A stretch of DNA of 64,000 bases from an uncultured Pelagibacteraceae bacterium (GTDB taxonomy: Bacteria; Pseudomonadota; Alphaproteobacteria; Pelagibacterales; Pelagibacteraceae), in NCBI GenBank assembly GCA_902604575.1, contig CACKZH010000001.1:20708-84707 (forward strand), read 5' to 3'. Of the stretch, positions 1-11,600 are shown one piece after another. A program made the translations under genes and the position numbers. Each line of letters opens with the position of its first letter. Within the stretch, counting starts at the first letter, position 1. The notes beneath the pieces were generated by a model, which worked only from the letters and a program-made list of their open reading frames with translations, made no database searches and was not told the origin of the DNA.

Positions 1-552
1 TAAACTTGATGCCAATTTTGCACTTTTTTTAATTCTGTTTAATTCAGTAGAATAATTTTTTTTTAATTTAACTAGATTTGCTAGTTTTCCAGTATGTATT
101 TCAATACAATCAGCATTTAATTTTTTAGCAAGTCTTATGTCATTTGAAGAAGGGTTAATGAATAAACTTGTTCTTATCTTTGCTTTTTTAAATTTTTTAA
201 TTATTTTGTCTAATTTATTAAGATTGTTTTTTATATTTAAACCTCCCTCGGTAGTAATTTCTCTTCTATTTTCTGGAACTAAACAAATAAAATTTGGTTT
301 TATCTTAAGTGCTTTATTAACAATTTCTTTATTCATAGATATCTCAAGGTTTACAAGCACATTTTTTAAACCGCATATTTTTTTTGCGTCAATATCATTT
401 ATATGCCTTCTATCTTCTCTTAAATGGATTGTTACAGAATCGGCTCCATAACTAATAACTTTTTTAGCTGCGTATAGTGGATCTGGATGTTTCTCTCCAC
501 GAGCATTTCGTAAAGTTGCAATATGATCTATATTTACACCTAACCTTTTCAC
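1..552 (-). CDS. pdxJ: pyridoxine 5'-phosphate synthase (3' end runs off the window start)
   Basis: Not in the ORF track. Manual translation from GTG at 552 gives MKRLGVNIDHIATLRNARGEKHPD, the PdxJ N-terminal signature. GTGA overlap with the pyrE stop. Confidence 0.95.
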   Translation of the reverse strand, partial: MKRLGVNIDHIATLRNARGEKHPDPLYAAKKVISYGADSVTIHLREDRRHINDIDAKKICGLKNVLVNLEISMNKEIVNKALKIKPNFICLVPENRREITTEGGLNIKNNLNKLDKIIKKFKKAKIRTSLFINPSSNDIRLAKKLNADCIEIHTGKLANLVKLKKNYSTELNRIKKSAKLASSL

Positions 553-1136
553 TTAATAAATCTGCTTCCTGGAGTTGTTATTGGTATTGATTTAAGTTCA
601 GGTGGTAATTTATTTGCTTTATAAGTTGGAACTTCTATTTTTAGATGAGATGTTATTCTAGTCTTTATTTTTAAAGATTGTTTTGTTGATCTATCAATTA
701 TAGATGCAAATCCAATTAATTTTGCTTTTGATTTTTTAATTAATTTTACACACTCTAAACTTGATTTACCTGTAGTGATTACATCTTCTATAATCAATAC
801 TCTTGAACCTTTTTTAATATTGAATCCCCTTCTAAGAGTAAATTTACCATTTACTCTTTCACAAAAAATTGTTTCTTTTTTTAGCAATTTTCCTATTTCA
901 TATCCAATAATTACCCCTCCCATTGCAGGAGCTAGTATTAAATCAATTTTTTTGAATTTTTTTTTAATTTTATTTGCTAAAGATTTACAAATTTTATCAG
1001 CTAAATTAGGAAAACTTAAAAGTTTTGCACACTGAATGTATTTTGAAGAATGTAGACCTGAGGATAGAACAAAGTGACCTTCTAATAATGCATTAGTTTT
1101 TTTTAAAATATTTAAGGATTTTTTGTGTGAAAGCAT
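549..1136 (-). CDS. pyrE: orotate phosphoribosyltransferase
   Basis: GHFVLSSGLHS motif and PRPP-binding VLIIEDVITTGKS motif. Confidence 0.95.
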   Translation of the reverse strand: MLSHKKSLNILKKTNALLEGHFVLSSGLHSSKYIQCAKLLSFPNLADKICKSLANKIKKKFKKIDLILAPAMGGVIIGYEIGKLLKKETIFCERVNGKFTLRRGFNIKKGSRVLIIEDVITTGKSSLECVKLIKKSKAKLIGFASIIDRSTKQSLKIKTRITSHLKIEVPTYKANKLPPELKSIPITTPGSRFIK

Positions 1137-2838
1137 TTCTTTTTTCTTCGTGTCTAATTATCTTAAATTTTATACTCTTTTGTTTTAGCTGTGCAATAAA
1201 ATTAGTAAAATTTTTCAGGTTTCTAATAATTAATTTAAATTTAAAATTAATATAATTAGGATTTTTACCAACCATTTCCAAACCTGATATATTTAATTTA
1301 TGACTTCCAATCAATGAGCTTATATCTCCTAATTGTCCTGGCTTATCAGGTAATGACATCCATAAAGTAGTATTATATTTTTTTGTTTTTTCTTCTTTTT
1401 GCTCTCCTTTTTCATGCCAATATCTTCTTATTGCGGCTCTAGCTTTACCAGTTTTAGTTGTTGGTATCCAGTGAAGTGACGGTGAATTATTTTTAGATGT
1501 TATAATATTTACACGATCTCCATTTCTTAAAATAGTTTGTAATTCGTTTTTGTTTCCATTAATTTCACAACCAATTGCTGAATTACCAATTTTAGTATGA
1601 ACAGCATACGCAAAATCTATAGCCGTTGCGTCTTTAGGTAATTTTATTACTGAACCTTTTGGTGTGAAACAAAATACGTTTTCTTGAAACATTTGAAGTT
1701 TTGTATACTCATATGAGTCTTCAGGGTTTTCATTTTTTTCTATAATCTCAACAAGATCTTTTAACCAATCATACTCTCTCCAGCTTAAAGAATTAAATTT
1801 TTCAGAAGATTTATACTGCCAGTGTGATGCAATACCTCTTTCTGCAAATTCGTGCATTTCGTGTGTTCTAATTTGAATTTCAATTGGTTTTTTATTTGAA
1901 CCAATTACAGATGTATGAATAGATTTATAACCATTAATTTTTGGAGATGAAATATAATCTTTAAATTTTCCTGGTATGCAATTCCATTTTTTGTGAAAAA
2001 TACCAAGAGTTTTGTAGCAGTTGTCAACGTTTTTTAAAATAATCCTAAATCCTATAATGTCTGTTATTTGCTCAAGTGAAACTCTTTTTTTTTGGACTTT
2101 TCTCCAAATTGAAAAAGGTGTTTTTTCTCTACCATGTATCTCGGCATTAATTTCATTATCATTCAAAATTTCACTTAACTCAAAAGAAAGTTCTTCAAAT
2201 AAATCTTTTCTGTCCAATTTTATTTCATCAAGTCTTTTTTTTATTAATTTTCTTGCATCGTTGTTTAAAATTTCAAAAGACAAATCCTCTAATTCGTCTC
2301 TTATTGTGTGCATTCCCATTCTATCTGCTAATGGAGCGTAAATTTCCATAGTTTCTTGAGCTATCCTTTTTCTTTTGTCTTCTTTGGTAATCGCTTTAAT
2401 GGTCCTCATGTTATGTAGTCGATCAGCAATTTTAACTAGCAGAACTCTAATGTCTTTTGATGTTGCTAAAATTAATTTTCTGAAATTCTCAACTTTAGAA
2501 TTAGCACCAGCTGAATTTTCAAATACTGAAATTTTTGTTACACCGTCCACTAAATCAGCAACTTCATCCCCAAATTCATGTTTTATAGTTTCATAAGTTG
2601 CAAAAGTATCTTCTATGGTGTCATGCAACAGACCTGTTGCAATTGTAGCGCTATCTAATTTTAATTCAGTTAAAATATTTGCAACCTCAATTGGATGAAC
2701 AGAATAAGGATCACCAGAAGCTCTTTTTTGACTCTTATGTGCATTTACAGCAAAATTATAAGCTTTATCCAATTTTTCAGGATTAAGAAATTTATTATAA
2801 TTCTTAACTTTATTTATAAGTTCATTTGAATTAAGCAT
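1093..2838 (-). CDS. spoT: bifunctional (p)ppGpp synthetase/hydrolase, shortened (HD-SYN-TGS-ACT)
   Basis: HKSQKRASGDPY, LLHDTIED, KIADRLHNMRT, EIQIRT, TGS FTPKG...DFAYAVHT, C-terminal ACT-like segment. Confidence 0.95.
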   Translation of the reverse strand: MLNSNELINKVKNYNKFLNPEKLDKAYNFAVNAHKSQKRASGDPYSVHPIEVANILTELKLDSATIATGLLHDTIEDTFATYETIKHEFGDEVADLVDGVTKISVFENSAGANSKVENFRKLILATSKDIRVLLVKIADRLHNMRTIKAITKEDKRKRIAQETMEIYAPLADRMGMHTIRDELEDLSFEILNNDARKLIKKRLDEIKLDRKDLFEELSFELSEILNDNEINAEIHGREKTPFSIWRKVQKKRVSLEQITDIIGFRIILKNVDNCYKTLGIFHKKWNCIPGKFKDYISSPKINGYKSIHTSVIGSNKKPIEIQIRTHEMHEFAERGIASHWQYKSSEKFNSLSWREYDWLKDLVEIIEKNENPEDSYEYTKLQMFQENVFCFTPKGSVIKLPKDATAIDFAYAVHTKIGNSAIGCEINGNKNELQTILRNGDRVNIITSKNNSPSLHWIPTTKTGKARAAIRRYWHEKGEQKEEKTKKYNTTLWMSLPDKPGQLGDISSLIGSHKLNISGLEMVGKNPNYINFKFKLIIRNLKNFTNFIAQLKQKSIKFKIIRHEEKRNAFTQKILKYFKKN

Positions 2839-2859
2839 AATTAATATTATACCACTAAA

Positions 2860-3378
2860 TCAAATTTGTTTAATAGATCTAATGTCTCTATCAGGAAGTA
2901 GAGAAATCAAGGATTTAATATCAATTTGTTTATCAGGATGGATCCAATTCTTTTGAATCTCAAATAATGGTAATAAAACGAAGTTTCTTTTGTGCATCAT
3001 TTTATGAGGCAAATTAATTTTTGCGTTTTTTTTTGTAACTAATTTATCAAAATCGATTATATCCAAATCACATTTACGAGGAGCATTTTTTTTTGCTTTT
3101 TTTCTCCCTAATTGAGTTTCTATAGATTTACATATTTTTAATAGTTCTTGAGGACTATAATAACATTTTAATTTTAAAATTATATTTAAGAACTTAGGTT
3201 TTCTTGGATCAGGCCAGGAAAGAGTTTCATAATAACTAGATACTGACAGAAAATCTACATTATGCTCTGCTAAAAAAAATTTTGCTTTTTCTATATTTCT
3301 TTTTCTTAAACCTAAATTTGAACCTATTCCTAAAAAAACAATTTTAGCTTGATTTTCTAATATATCTTGCTTTTTCAC
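2860..3378 (-). CDS. folK: 2-amino-4-hydroxy-6-hydroxymethyldihydropteridine diphosphokinase
   Basis: [28 protein letters not shown] motifs. Start placed at GTG 3378 (uncertain); the ORF-track start at 3438 lies deep inside smpB. Confidence 0.9.
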   Translation of the reverse strand: MKKQDILENQAKIVFLGIGSNLGLRKRNIEKAKFFLAEHNVDFLSVSSYYETLSWPDPRKPKFLNIILKLKCYYSPQELLKICKSIETQLGRKKAKKNAPRKCDLDIIDFDKLVTKKNAKINLPHKMMHKRNFVLLPLFEIQKNWIHPDKQIDIKSLISLLPDRDIRSIKQI

Positions 3379-3814
3379 GGTTCCAATCTCTACTTTTTTT
3401 TGTCGCTCTTTTATCATATTGCTTTTTTCCTTTAGCAACAGCTAATTCTATTTTAGCCCTTCCTTTTTTAAAATACATTTTTGTTGGAACTAATGTGAAA
3501 CCATCTCTTTGCATTTTACCTATTAATTTATTTATTTCTTTTTTATTAAGAAGTAATTTTCTATCATCTGTTGGATTATGATTTGAATAACTGGCTTGCT
3601 TGTATGGAGATATGTGTGAATTAATCAAGACAATTTCACCTCCCTTTTCTACAGCATAAGACTCAGCAATATTCACCTTACCGTCTCTTACTGATTTAAT
3701 CTCAGATCCCCTTAAAACAATTCCAGCTTCAAAAAGATCTTCAAAAAAATAGTTAAAACTAGCTTTTCTATTTAAACAAATAATTTTTAAACCAGGATTG
3801 GTTTTTTTGTTCAT
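3344..3814 (-). CDS. smpB: SsrA-binding protein
   Basis: [31 protein letters not shown] motifs. Confidence 0.97.
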   Translation of the reverse strand: MNKKTNPGLKIICLNRKASFNYFFEDLFEAGIVLRGSEIKSVRDGKVNIAESYAVEKGGEIVLINSHISPYKQASYSNHNPTDDRKLLLNKKEINKLIGKMQRDGFTLVPTKMYFKKGRAKIELAVAKGKKQYDKRATKKSRDWNREKARYIRKSS

Positions 3815-4695
3815 TAAATTAACTTAGCAGACTGAAGAGCTTTTTTTACAATTTCTTTTGTTGTTTCTGTTACTTTTACAAGCGGTAGTCTCACATCATC
3901 GTGACAAAGTCCTAAAAGTTTTGCGGCGTATTTTACAGGACTAGGGTTGCTCTCAACAAACATTGAGTGATGAACAGGTTGTAATATTTTATCTAATCTT
4001 TCTGCTTCTTTTATCTCATTATCAGTATCTGATTTTGAAAATCTTTGAAAATCAGAACAAAGTTTAGGTGCAATATTAGCTGTTACACTAATAGTACCTA
4101 CCCCACCACGTTTATTAAATTCAAAAACATTGTCATCATTACCTGTTAATTGAATAAAATCTTTACCAATTTTTTCAAGTGTCTGATTAACTCTATCTAA
4201 ATCACCTGTTGCATCTTTAACACCAACTATGTTTTTTAATTCATACAGTCTGGACATTGTATCCACTGACATATCAATCACAGATCTACCAGGAATATTA
4301 TAAATTATAATTGGAATGCCACACTTGTCATTAATTGCTTTATAATGTTGATACAAGCCTTCTTGGGTTGGTTTATTGTAATAAGGTGTAACTATCAAAG
4401 CACCGTTAGCTCCTGCTTTTTCTGCATGTGTGGTTAAAGAAATCGCTTCTTCTGTTGAGTTTGACCCTGTTCCAGCGATAACTGGAATTTTTCCATTACT
4501 TTCTTTTATACATAAATCTATTACTCTTTGATGCTCGTCATGACTTAACGTAGGAGATTCACCTGTTGTACCCGCTGGAACAAGTCCATTAGTACCATTA
4601 TCGATGTGGAAATGGATTAATTTTATATACGCTTCCTCATCTAGACCATTATTTTTAAATGGTGTAATTAAAGCAACATTTGATCCTTTGAACAT
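3814..4695 (-). CDS. dapA: 4-hydroxy-tetrahydrodipicolinate synthase
   Basis: [31 protein letters not shown] motifs. Confidence 0.97.
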   Translation of the reverse strand: MFKGSNVALITPFKNNGLDEEAYIKLIHFHIDNGTNGLVPAGTTGESPTLSHDEHQRVIDLCIKESNGKIPVIAGTGSNSTEEAISLTTHAEKAGANGALIVTPYYNKPTQEGLYQHYKAINDKCGIPIIIYNIPGRSVIDMSVDTMSRLYELKNIVGVKDATGDLDRVNQTLEKIGKDFIQLTGNDDNVFEFNKRGGVGTISVTANIAPKLCSDFQRFSKSDTDNEIKEAERLDKILQPVHHSMFVESNPSPVKYAAKLLGLCHDDVRLPLVKVTETTKEIVKKALQSAKLI

Positions 4696-4738
4696 AAATA
4701 CTTATAACATAGATTAAAGATTCATATACTAAAAGATT

Positions 4739-6964
4739 ATGCTCAAAAAAATATTATTTTTAGGTTTCACTGTATCAATATTAATATTTTCAAATAGTCT
4801 CTTTGCTGAAATCAATTCAGTTATACCTTTAAAAAAACCTGCTTTAAGTAAAGAAGAAATTCAAAAGAAAATATCTATAAATATCCTTAAACCTTTAAAG
4901 AAGCCCTCGAAAACCAAAGAAATTAAAATCGATGAAACGATTGTTAAAAAAGAGTTAGTTTTAAAAGAAAAAAAATTAAGTTTTAAAATACCGAAGAAAA
5001 AACCAATAATAGCTGGAACTGGCACAACTGAAAATATTAAGATTTCAAGATATTATAGCAAAAAAGACTTTGGGTTAGCTAAAAAAGCCATTTCAGAAAT
5101 GCAGAAAAGTAAATGGTCATCTGCGCTTAAAATAGCAAAAAAAGCAAAAGACAACTCTATTTATAATTTTTTACAATGGAGACATCTTTTAACGTCTGGT
5201 AACCAAGCGTCCTTTTACGATTATCAAGTTTTTTTAAATAAAAATTCAGATTATCCTAGAATAAGCAGAGTTAGATATCTTGCTGAACATAAACTATCAA
5301 CAGCAAGTGTTTCACCTAAAAAAATAATAAATTGGTTTGGAGAAAAAGATCCATTAAGTGGTTATGGAAAAATGATACTTGGAGAAAGCCACATTTTAAT
5401 TGGAGACAAAAATAAGGGTATAAAACTAATTAAAGAAGGTTGGGTAACAGCAGATTTATCTAAAAACGAATTAAAATATTTTAGAAAAAAATATAAAAAA
5501 TATTTAAAAGCAGATGACTATATTAAACGAGCTGATTATTTAGCTTGGAACGGTGATCGTTGGGATTTACAAAGATTAATAAGATATCTGCCAAAAGATT
5601 ATGAACTTTTATATAACGCAAGATACCTTTTAATGAGTAAAGGCTACGGAGTTGACCAGGCCATAGCAAATGTTCCACAAAAATTTAAAAATGATGCAGG
5701 TTTAAACTATGATCGATTGAAATGGAGAAGAAAAAAAGGACGTGTAGACTCTTCAGTTGAAATCTTATTGAAGATAAGAAATGATAAAGAGTATTTAGTT
5801 AGACCTGACAAATGGTGGAAAGAAAGAGAAATTATCTCAAGAGCATTGCTTTATAAAAAAAAATATGAAATTTCGTATAAAATTTCAAGCAATCATGGAA
5901 TGACTGAAGGGTCTAATTATGCTGCTGCAGAATGGATGAGCGGCTGGATAGCATTAAGTTTTTTAAATGATCCAATAACTGCTAAAGATCATTTTAAAAA
6001 TTTTTATGAAAATGTTAGTTATCCAATAAGTTTATCTAGAGGTGCTTATTGGGTTGGAAGAGCATATGAAAAAATAGGCGAAAGAGAACAATCGAATAAT
6101 TGGTACAGAGAAGCCACAAAATATCTTACTACTTACTATGGTCAACTAGCCTTTTTAAAATTAAATCCAAATGGAAAATTTGAGTTAGATAAAGATATGG
6201 AAATTGATCCAAAATATAGAATTCAATTTTTTAATAAAGAGCTTGTAAAAATTTCTTATCTTTTAGACGAATTAAAGAAAGACAAATATACAAAACATAT
6301 TTTAAGACATTTAGCTAATGATAATATAGCAAAAGGTAGTGAAGTTTTAGCTGCAGAATTAGCTACAAGTATAAATAGATACGACTTTGCTATTCAGGTT
6401 TCAAAAATTGCGTCTTACCAAAAAAGATTTCATAATAAATACAATTACCCAATAATTAGTACTCCTAAATATATTAATAAAAGAAAAATTCCAGAAAGTG
6501 CTTTGATCTTATCTATAATTAGACAAGAAAGTGAATTTGATTTAGAGGCTAATAGTCATGCTGGTGCAAAAGGATTAATGCAATTGATGCCTTACACAGC
6601 AAAATTAGTTTCAAAACAAGCTAAACTTCCTTATTCAAAATCAAGATTAACCACTGATCCAGAATATAATATTAATTTAGGCTCACATTATATTGCAGGT
6701 TTAATTCTACAATATGATGGTGCCTACCCTTTTGCAGTTGCTGCTTACAATGCAGGACCCAACAGAGTTAAATATTGGAAAAAAATAAATAAAGATCCAC
6801 AAAAAAAACAAGTAGATTATGTTGATTGGGTTGAATTAATAAAATTTAGAGAAACAAGAAATTACGTACAACGTGTTATGGAAAATTATAATGTATATAG
6901 GTATATTTTGGAACAAAGACCTGTAGCTATGAAAAACTTTTTTAAAGATCAGCCTCTATTTTAG
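4739..6964 (+). CDS. slt: soluble lytic murein transglycosylase (Slt70-like) with signal peptide
   Basis: IIRQESEF, GAKGLMQLMP, AAYNAGP, ETRNYVQRV motifs; divergent from dapA as in other alphaproteobacteria. Confidence 0.9.
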   Translation: MLKKILFLGFTVSILIFSNSLFAEINSVIPLKKPALSKEEIQKKISINILKPLKKPSKTKEIKIDETIVKKELVLKEKKLSFKIPKKKPIIAGTGTTENIKISRYYSKKDFGLAKKAISEMQKSKWSSALKIAKKAKDNSIYNFLQWRHLLTSGNQASFYDYQVFLNKNSDYPRISRVRYLAEHKLSTASVSPKKIINWFGEKDPLSGYGKMILGESHILIGDKNKGIKLIKEGWVTADLSKNELKYFRKKYKKYLKADDYIKRADYLAWNGDRWDLQRLIRYLPKDYELLYNARYLLMSKGYGVDQAIANVPQKFKNDAGLNYDRLKWRRKKGRVDSSVEILLKIRNDKEYLVRPDKWWKEREIISRALLYKKKYEISYKISSNHGMTEGSNYAAAEWMSGWIALSFLNDPITAKDHFKNFYENVSYPISLSRGAYWVGRAYEKIGEREQSNNWYREATKYLTTYYGQLAFLKLNPNGKFELDKDMEIDPKYRIQFFNKELVKISYLLDELKKDKYTKHILRHLANDNIAKGSEVLAAELATSINRYDFAIQVSKIASYQKRFHNKYNYPIISTPKYINKRKIPESALILSIIRQESEFDLEANSHAGAKGLMQLMPYTAKLVSKQAKLPYSKSRLTTDPEYNINLGSHYIAGLILQYDGAYPFAVAAYNAGPNRVKYWKKINKDPQKKQVDYVDWVELIKFRETRNYVQRVMENYNVYRYILEQRPVAMKNFFKDQPLF

Positions 6965-7056
6965 TGGCGGAAGAGGAGGGATTCGAACCCTCGGTACAAG
7001 TTTCCTCGCACGGTCATTTAGCAAACGACTGGTTTCAGCCTCTCACCCACTCTTCC
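6965..7056 (-). tRNA. tRNA-Ser(GCT)
   Basis: Reverse complement GGAAGAG...GTCGT-TT-GCT-AA-ATGAC, long variable arm, GGTTCGAATCC T-arm, encoded CCA. Confidence 0.95.
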
Positions 7057-7068
7057 ATATGACATTGT

Positions 7069-7113
7069 GTATTAAGCGATTGTATTGAAAATTCAATATA
7101 TATAAAGTAATTA
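7069..7113. promoter_or_regulatory. back-to-back sigma70-like promoters for tRNA-Ser and soxB around the palindrome TATTGAA-AA-TTCAATA
   Basis: Plus strand: TTGAAA (7085-7090), N17, TAATTA. Minus strand: TTGAAT (7096-7091), N16, TAATAC. Confidence 0.45.
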
Positions 7114-7123
7114 TTCAATTATT

Positions 7124-8377
7124 ATGAGAAATAAGTACTCGGTATTTTCGTTAATCAAAAATGCTCTTTCAAATCATGAAAATTGGCAAAGAGCATGGAA
7201 AGACCCTACTCCTAAAAAAGAGTATGATGCAGTTATCGTTGGTGGTGGTGGTCATGGATTAGCAACAGCCTACTATTTAGCAAAAAAACACAATATGAAT
7301 AATATTGCTGTAGTCGAGAAAGGTTGGATTGGTGGTGGAAATACTGGACGTAATACCACAATTATTAGGTCAAATTATTTATGGGACGCCAGTGCAGGAT
7401 TGTACGATCATGCATTAAAAATTTGGGAAGGTTTATCTCAAGAACTAAACTACAATGTAATGTTTAGTCAAAGAGGTGTAATGAACCTTGCTCATAATTT
7501 ACAAGATGTTAGGGATTTAAAAAGACGAACACATGCAAATAGACTAAATGGAATTGATGCTGTCTACTTAAGCACTGAAGAAGTTAAAAAATTTTGTCCA
7601 ATTATAAATACATCACCAGATATTAGATACCCCGTCTTAGGAGGAACTTTACAACGAAGAGCTGGTACAGCAAGACACGATGCTGTTGCTTGGGGATACG
7701 CTAGAGGAGCTGATGGAATGGGTGTTGACATTATTCAAAATTGTGAAGTTAAAGGAATAAAAAGAAATGGAGATAGTGTTGAGGGAATAGAAACAACAAA
7801 AGGATTTATTAAAACTAAAAAAATTGGTGTCGTTGCAGCTGGTCATTCTAGCGTAATAGCTAACATGGCAGGTCTAAGACTTCCACTTGAAAGTAAACCT
7901 TTACAGGCTTTAGTTTCTGAACCTGTAAAACCAATTATTGATACAGTTGTAATGTCTAACGCAGTGCATGCATATGTCAGTCAATCTGACAAAGGAGAAT
8001 TGGTCATTGGTGCTGGAACGGATGATTATGTTTCTTATACTCAAAAAGGTAGTCATCAAATAGTTGAAGGAACATTAAATGCTATTTTAGAATTATACCC
8101 AATTTTCAGTAGAATGAGAATGTTAAGACAATGGGGTGGAATTGTAGATATTTGTCCTGACGCTAGTCCAATTTTAAGTAAAACTTCAATTAAAGGATTA
8201 TACTTTAATTGTGGTTGGGGAACTGGAGGATTTAAAGCAACTCCTGGATCTGGAGATTTGTTTGCACATACTATTGCAAATGATCAACCACACAAACTTA
8301 ATGCTGCATTTAATTTAAATAGATTTGTAAGCGGAGACCTTGTTGATGAACATGGCGCTGCAGCGGTTGCTCATTAA
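7124..8377 (+). CDS. soxB: heterotetrameric sarcosine oxidase-family beta subunit
   Basis: GGGGHG FAD motif, [29 protein letters not shown]-terminal GAAAVAH. Confidence 0.93.
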   Translation: MRNKYSVFSLIKNALSNHENWQRAWKDPTPKKEYDAVIVGGGGHGLATAYYLAKKHNMNNIAVVEKGWIGGGNTGRNTTIIRSNYLWDASAGLYDHALKIWEGLSQELNYNVMFSQRGVMNLAHNLQDVRDLKRRTHANRLNGIDAVYLSTEEVKKFCPIINTSPDIRYPVLGGTLQRRAGTARHDAVAWGYARGADGMGVDIIQNCEVKGIKRNGDSVEGIETTKGFIKTKKIGVVAAGHSSVIANMAGLRLPLESKPLQALVSEPVKPIIDTVVMSNAVHAYVSQSDKGELVIGAGTDDYVSYTQKGSHQIVEGTLNAILELYPIFSRMRMLRQWGGIVDICPDASPILSKTSIKGLYFNCGWGTGGFKATPGSGDLFAHTIANDQPHKLNAAFNLNRFVSGDLVDEHGAAAVAH

Positions 8378-8652
8378 TGTTTTTAATAAACTGTCCATAT
8401 TGTGGAGAACGAGATCAGCAAGAATTTAAGGCTGGTGGTGAAGCTCATATTGAAAGACCCAAACAACCAACAGAATTAAGTGATGATGAGTGGGCAGAAT
8501 ATTTATTCATAAGAAAAAATATTAAAGGTGTTCAATTTGAAAGATGGAACCATGCACATGGTTGTCGTAAATGGTTTAATATGGTTAGGGATACATCTAA
8601 CGATGAAATAAGAGAAATTTACAAAATGGGTGAAAAACCACCTTCTCAATAA
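8377..8652 (+). CDS. soxD: sarcosine oxidase delta subunit
   Basis: CPYCG...EF and ERWNHAHGCRKWF zinc ligands. Confidence 0.93.
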   Translation: MFLINCPYCGERDQQEFKAGGEAHIERPKQPTELSDDEWAEYLFIRKNIKGVQFERWNHAHGCRKWFNMVRDTSNDEIREIYKMGEKPPSQ

Positions 8653-8653
8653 A

Positions 8654-11600
8654 ATGACAAAAAACTTAAGAGTAAAAACTAGCGAGTATGTTGATGAAAC
8701 TAATAGAATTTCCTTTAAATTTAATGGCAAAATTTACCATGGTTTTAAAGGTGATACTTTAGCTTCAGCATTACTCGCAAATGATGTTCATTTAGTAGGA
8801 AGAAGTTTTAAATATCATCGACCAAGAGGAATTATGACGTCTGGTTCTGAAGAACCAAATGCTATAGTTCAAATTAACTCTGGTACCAATAGAACAGAAC
8901 CTAACATTCGAGCAACTGAAGTTGAGATATACGAGGGTTTAGAAGCATCAAGTCAAAATTGTTGGCCAAGTGTTGAATTTGATATTGGCGGATTAAATAA
9001 TTTTCTCTCTCCTTTTTTACCAGCGGGTTTTTATTATAAAACATTTATGTGGCCTGCTAGTTTCTGGGAAAAATATGAATTTTTTATCCGACACTCAGCA
9101 GGTTTAGGAAAATCACCAACATCAATTGACCCTGATATTTATGACCACCGAAATGTTCACTGCGATGTATTGGTTGTAGGCGCAGGTATATCGGGAATAT
9201 TAGCAGCAAAAAATGCAGCTAAAAATAATTTTAAAACGTTGTTAGTTGATGAAAAAAATGAACTTGGTGGATCAACTATTTATGAAAATAATGAATTTAA
9301 CAAAATCGATAATAAAATTCCTTCAGAGTGGTTAAAAAAAGAAATAGAGGAGCTTAAAAGTATTAAAAATCTTGAAATAAAAACCAGAACAAGTGTAGCT
9401 GCTTACCATCAATATAATTACCTTTTAGCTAGAGAAAATCTAACTGATCATTTAGAGGCAAAAGATAAAACAAATAAAATCAGACAAAGACTACTAAAAA
9501 TTAGAGCCAAGAAAGTTATTTTGGCTACAGGTGCATTAGAAAGACCTTTAATATTTAATAATAATGATAGACCAGGAATAATGCTTTCATCTGCTATAAA
9601 AAAATACAGTGAATTTTATGGAGTTGCTTGTGGTAGTAAAAATGTATTCTTTACTAATAATGATAGTGCTTACGAAAGTGCTTTGTCACTATATAACAAG
9701 GGTATCAATGTTGAAGCAATTATTGATATTAGAGAACAATCTGAAAGTAAGATTGTTAAAAAAATAAAAGAAGCAGGTATTCAAATTTACTGGTCACACT
9801 CAATTATTGATACAACTGGATACAAAAGACTAAATAGTGTCTCAATAATGAAACTATCTAATGATGGTGCTTCAGTTACTGGAAGTAAAATTTCTATTTC
9901 ATGTGATTGCTTGGGAGTTGCTGGTGGTTGGACACCTGCTGTACATTTATATACACAATCAGGAAGCAAACTTAAATTTGATGAAGAAAAAAAAGTTTTC
10001 TTACCGAATAAAAATACATCTGAACAAATAAGCATAGGATCTTGCAGTGGAGATTTTAAAATTGATGAAATCATCAAAAATTTAAATCAAAAACTTAAAG
10101 ATACTCTAAATATTAAAGAAACTGATTTAGATAATATTAAAGTTGAGATTGATCAGGAAAATTCAAAAAGAAATATTTGGTTACTTCCTTCTGATAAACC
10201 TTTGGGCAAAACTAAACCATTTGTAGATTATCAAAACGATGCAACCGCTAAAGATATAAAATTAGCATTAAGAGAAGGTTTTAGATCTATTGAGCATGTT
10301 AAAAGATACACGACTACTGGAATGGGTACTGATCAAGGTAAACTTGGAAATATGCATGCATTAGGAATAATTGCAGATACAGCTGGTGTTAAAATGGGAG
10401 AATTAGGAACTACTACGTTTAGACCTCCTTACACACCATTAACATTTGGAACTATTGTAGGTCGAAATGTAGGAAAGTTTTTTGATATTTTTAGAAGAAC
10501 GCCAATTAATGATTGGCATGTTGAAAATAAAGCTGAATTTGAAAATGTCGGTCAATGGAAGAGAGCATGGTACTACCCTATTAACGGAGAAACTATGCAT
10601 CAAGCAGTTCAAAGAGAAAGTAAAGCTGCAAGAGAAAGTGCTGGTATACTAGATGCCTCTACTCTTGGTAAAATTGATATTCAAGGAAGTGATGCTTCTG
10701 AATTTTTAAATAGAGTTTATACAAATGCTTGGTCAAAATTAGCAGTAGGAAAATGTAGATATGGCCTAATGCTAAATGAGGATGGTATGGTTTATGATGA
10801 TGGAGTTACAACTAGATTAGGTGAAAATCATTATATAATGACAACAACTACTGGTGGTGCTGCAAATGTTTTGGGCAAACTTGAAGATTACCTTCAAACA
10901 GAATGGCCTGAGCTTGATGTTTACTTAACTTCTGTAACAGATCATTATGCTACAGCGAGTTTATGTGGTCCTAATAGTAAAAAAATTCTTAAAAAGTTAA
11001 TTCCTGATTTAGATTTATCAGATGAAAATTTTCCTCACATGTCATTCAAAGAAGCAAATATTGGAAGCATTCAGTGCAGAATAATGAGGATTAGTTTTAC
11101 TGGTGAACATAGCTACGAAATCAATGTTCAAGCAAGTTATGGAAAAGATTTATGGAAAAAATGCATGGAAGCAGGTCAAGAATTTAACATTACGCCTTAT
11201 GGAACTGAAACAATGCACTTGTTAAGAGCAGAAAAAGGTTTCATCATTGTAGGTCAAGACACAGATGGTACAATGACCCCTATTGATCTTCAAATGGATT
11301 GGATAGTAAGCAAGAAGAAATACGATTTTATAGGCAAAAGATCTTTGTATAGATCTGATACAATGAGGGAAGATCGAAAACAATTAGTAGGATTATTAAC
11401 AGATGATCCAAATATAGTTTTAGAAGAAGGTGCACAAATAGTTTCTGAATTAAATAAAAGTCCAATTGAAATGCTAGGACATGTTACTTCAAGTTATTTT
11501 AGTCCAAACCTAAACAAATCTATCGCACTTGCAGTTGTTAGAGGTGGAAAAGATATGATGGGGAAAAAACTTTTTGTACCAATGGAAAATAAAAACATTA

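Noticed and set aside
137-451. 104-aa plus-strand ORF
   Set aside because: Antisense shadow of pdxJ, which occupies 1-552 on the minus strand.
3379-3438. N-terminal extension of the folK ORF
   Set aside because: Lies inside smpB; GTG 3378 is a more plausible start.
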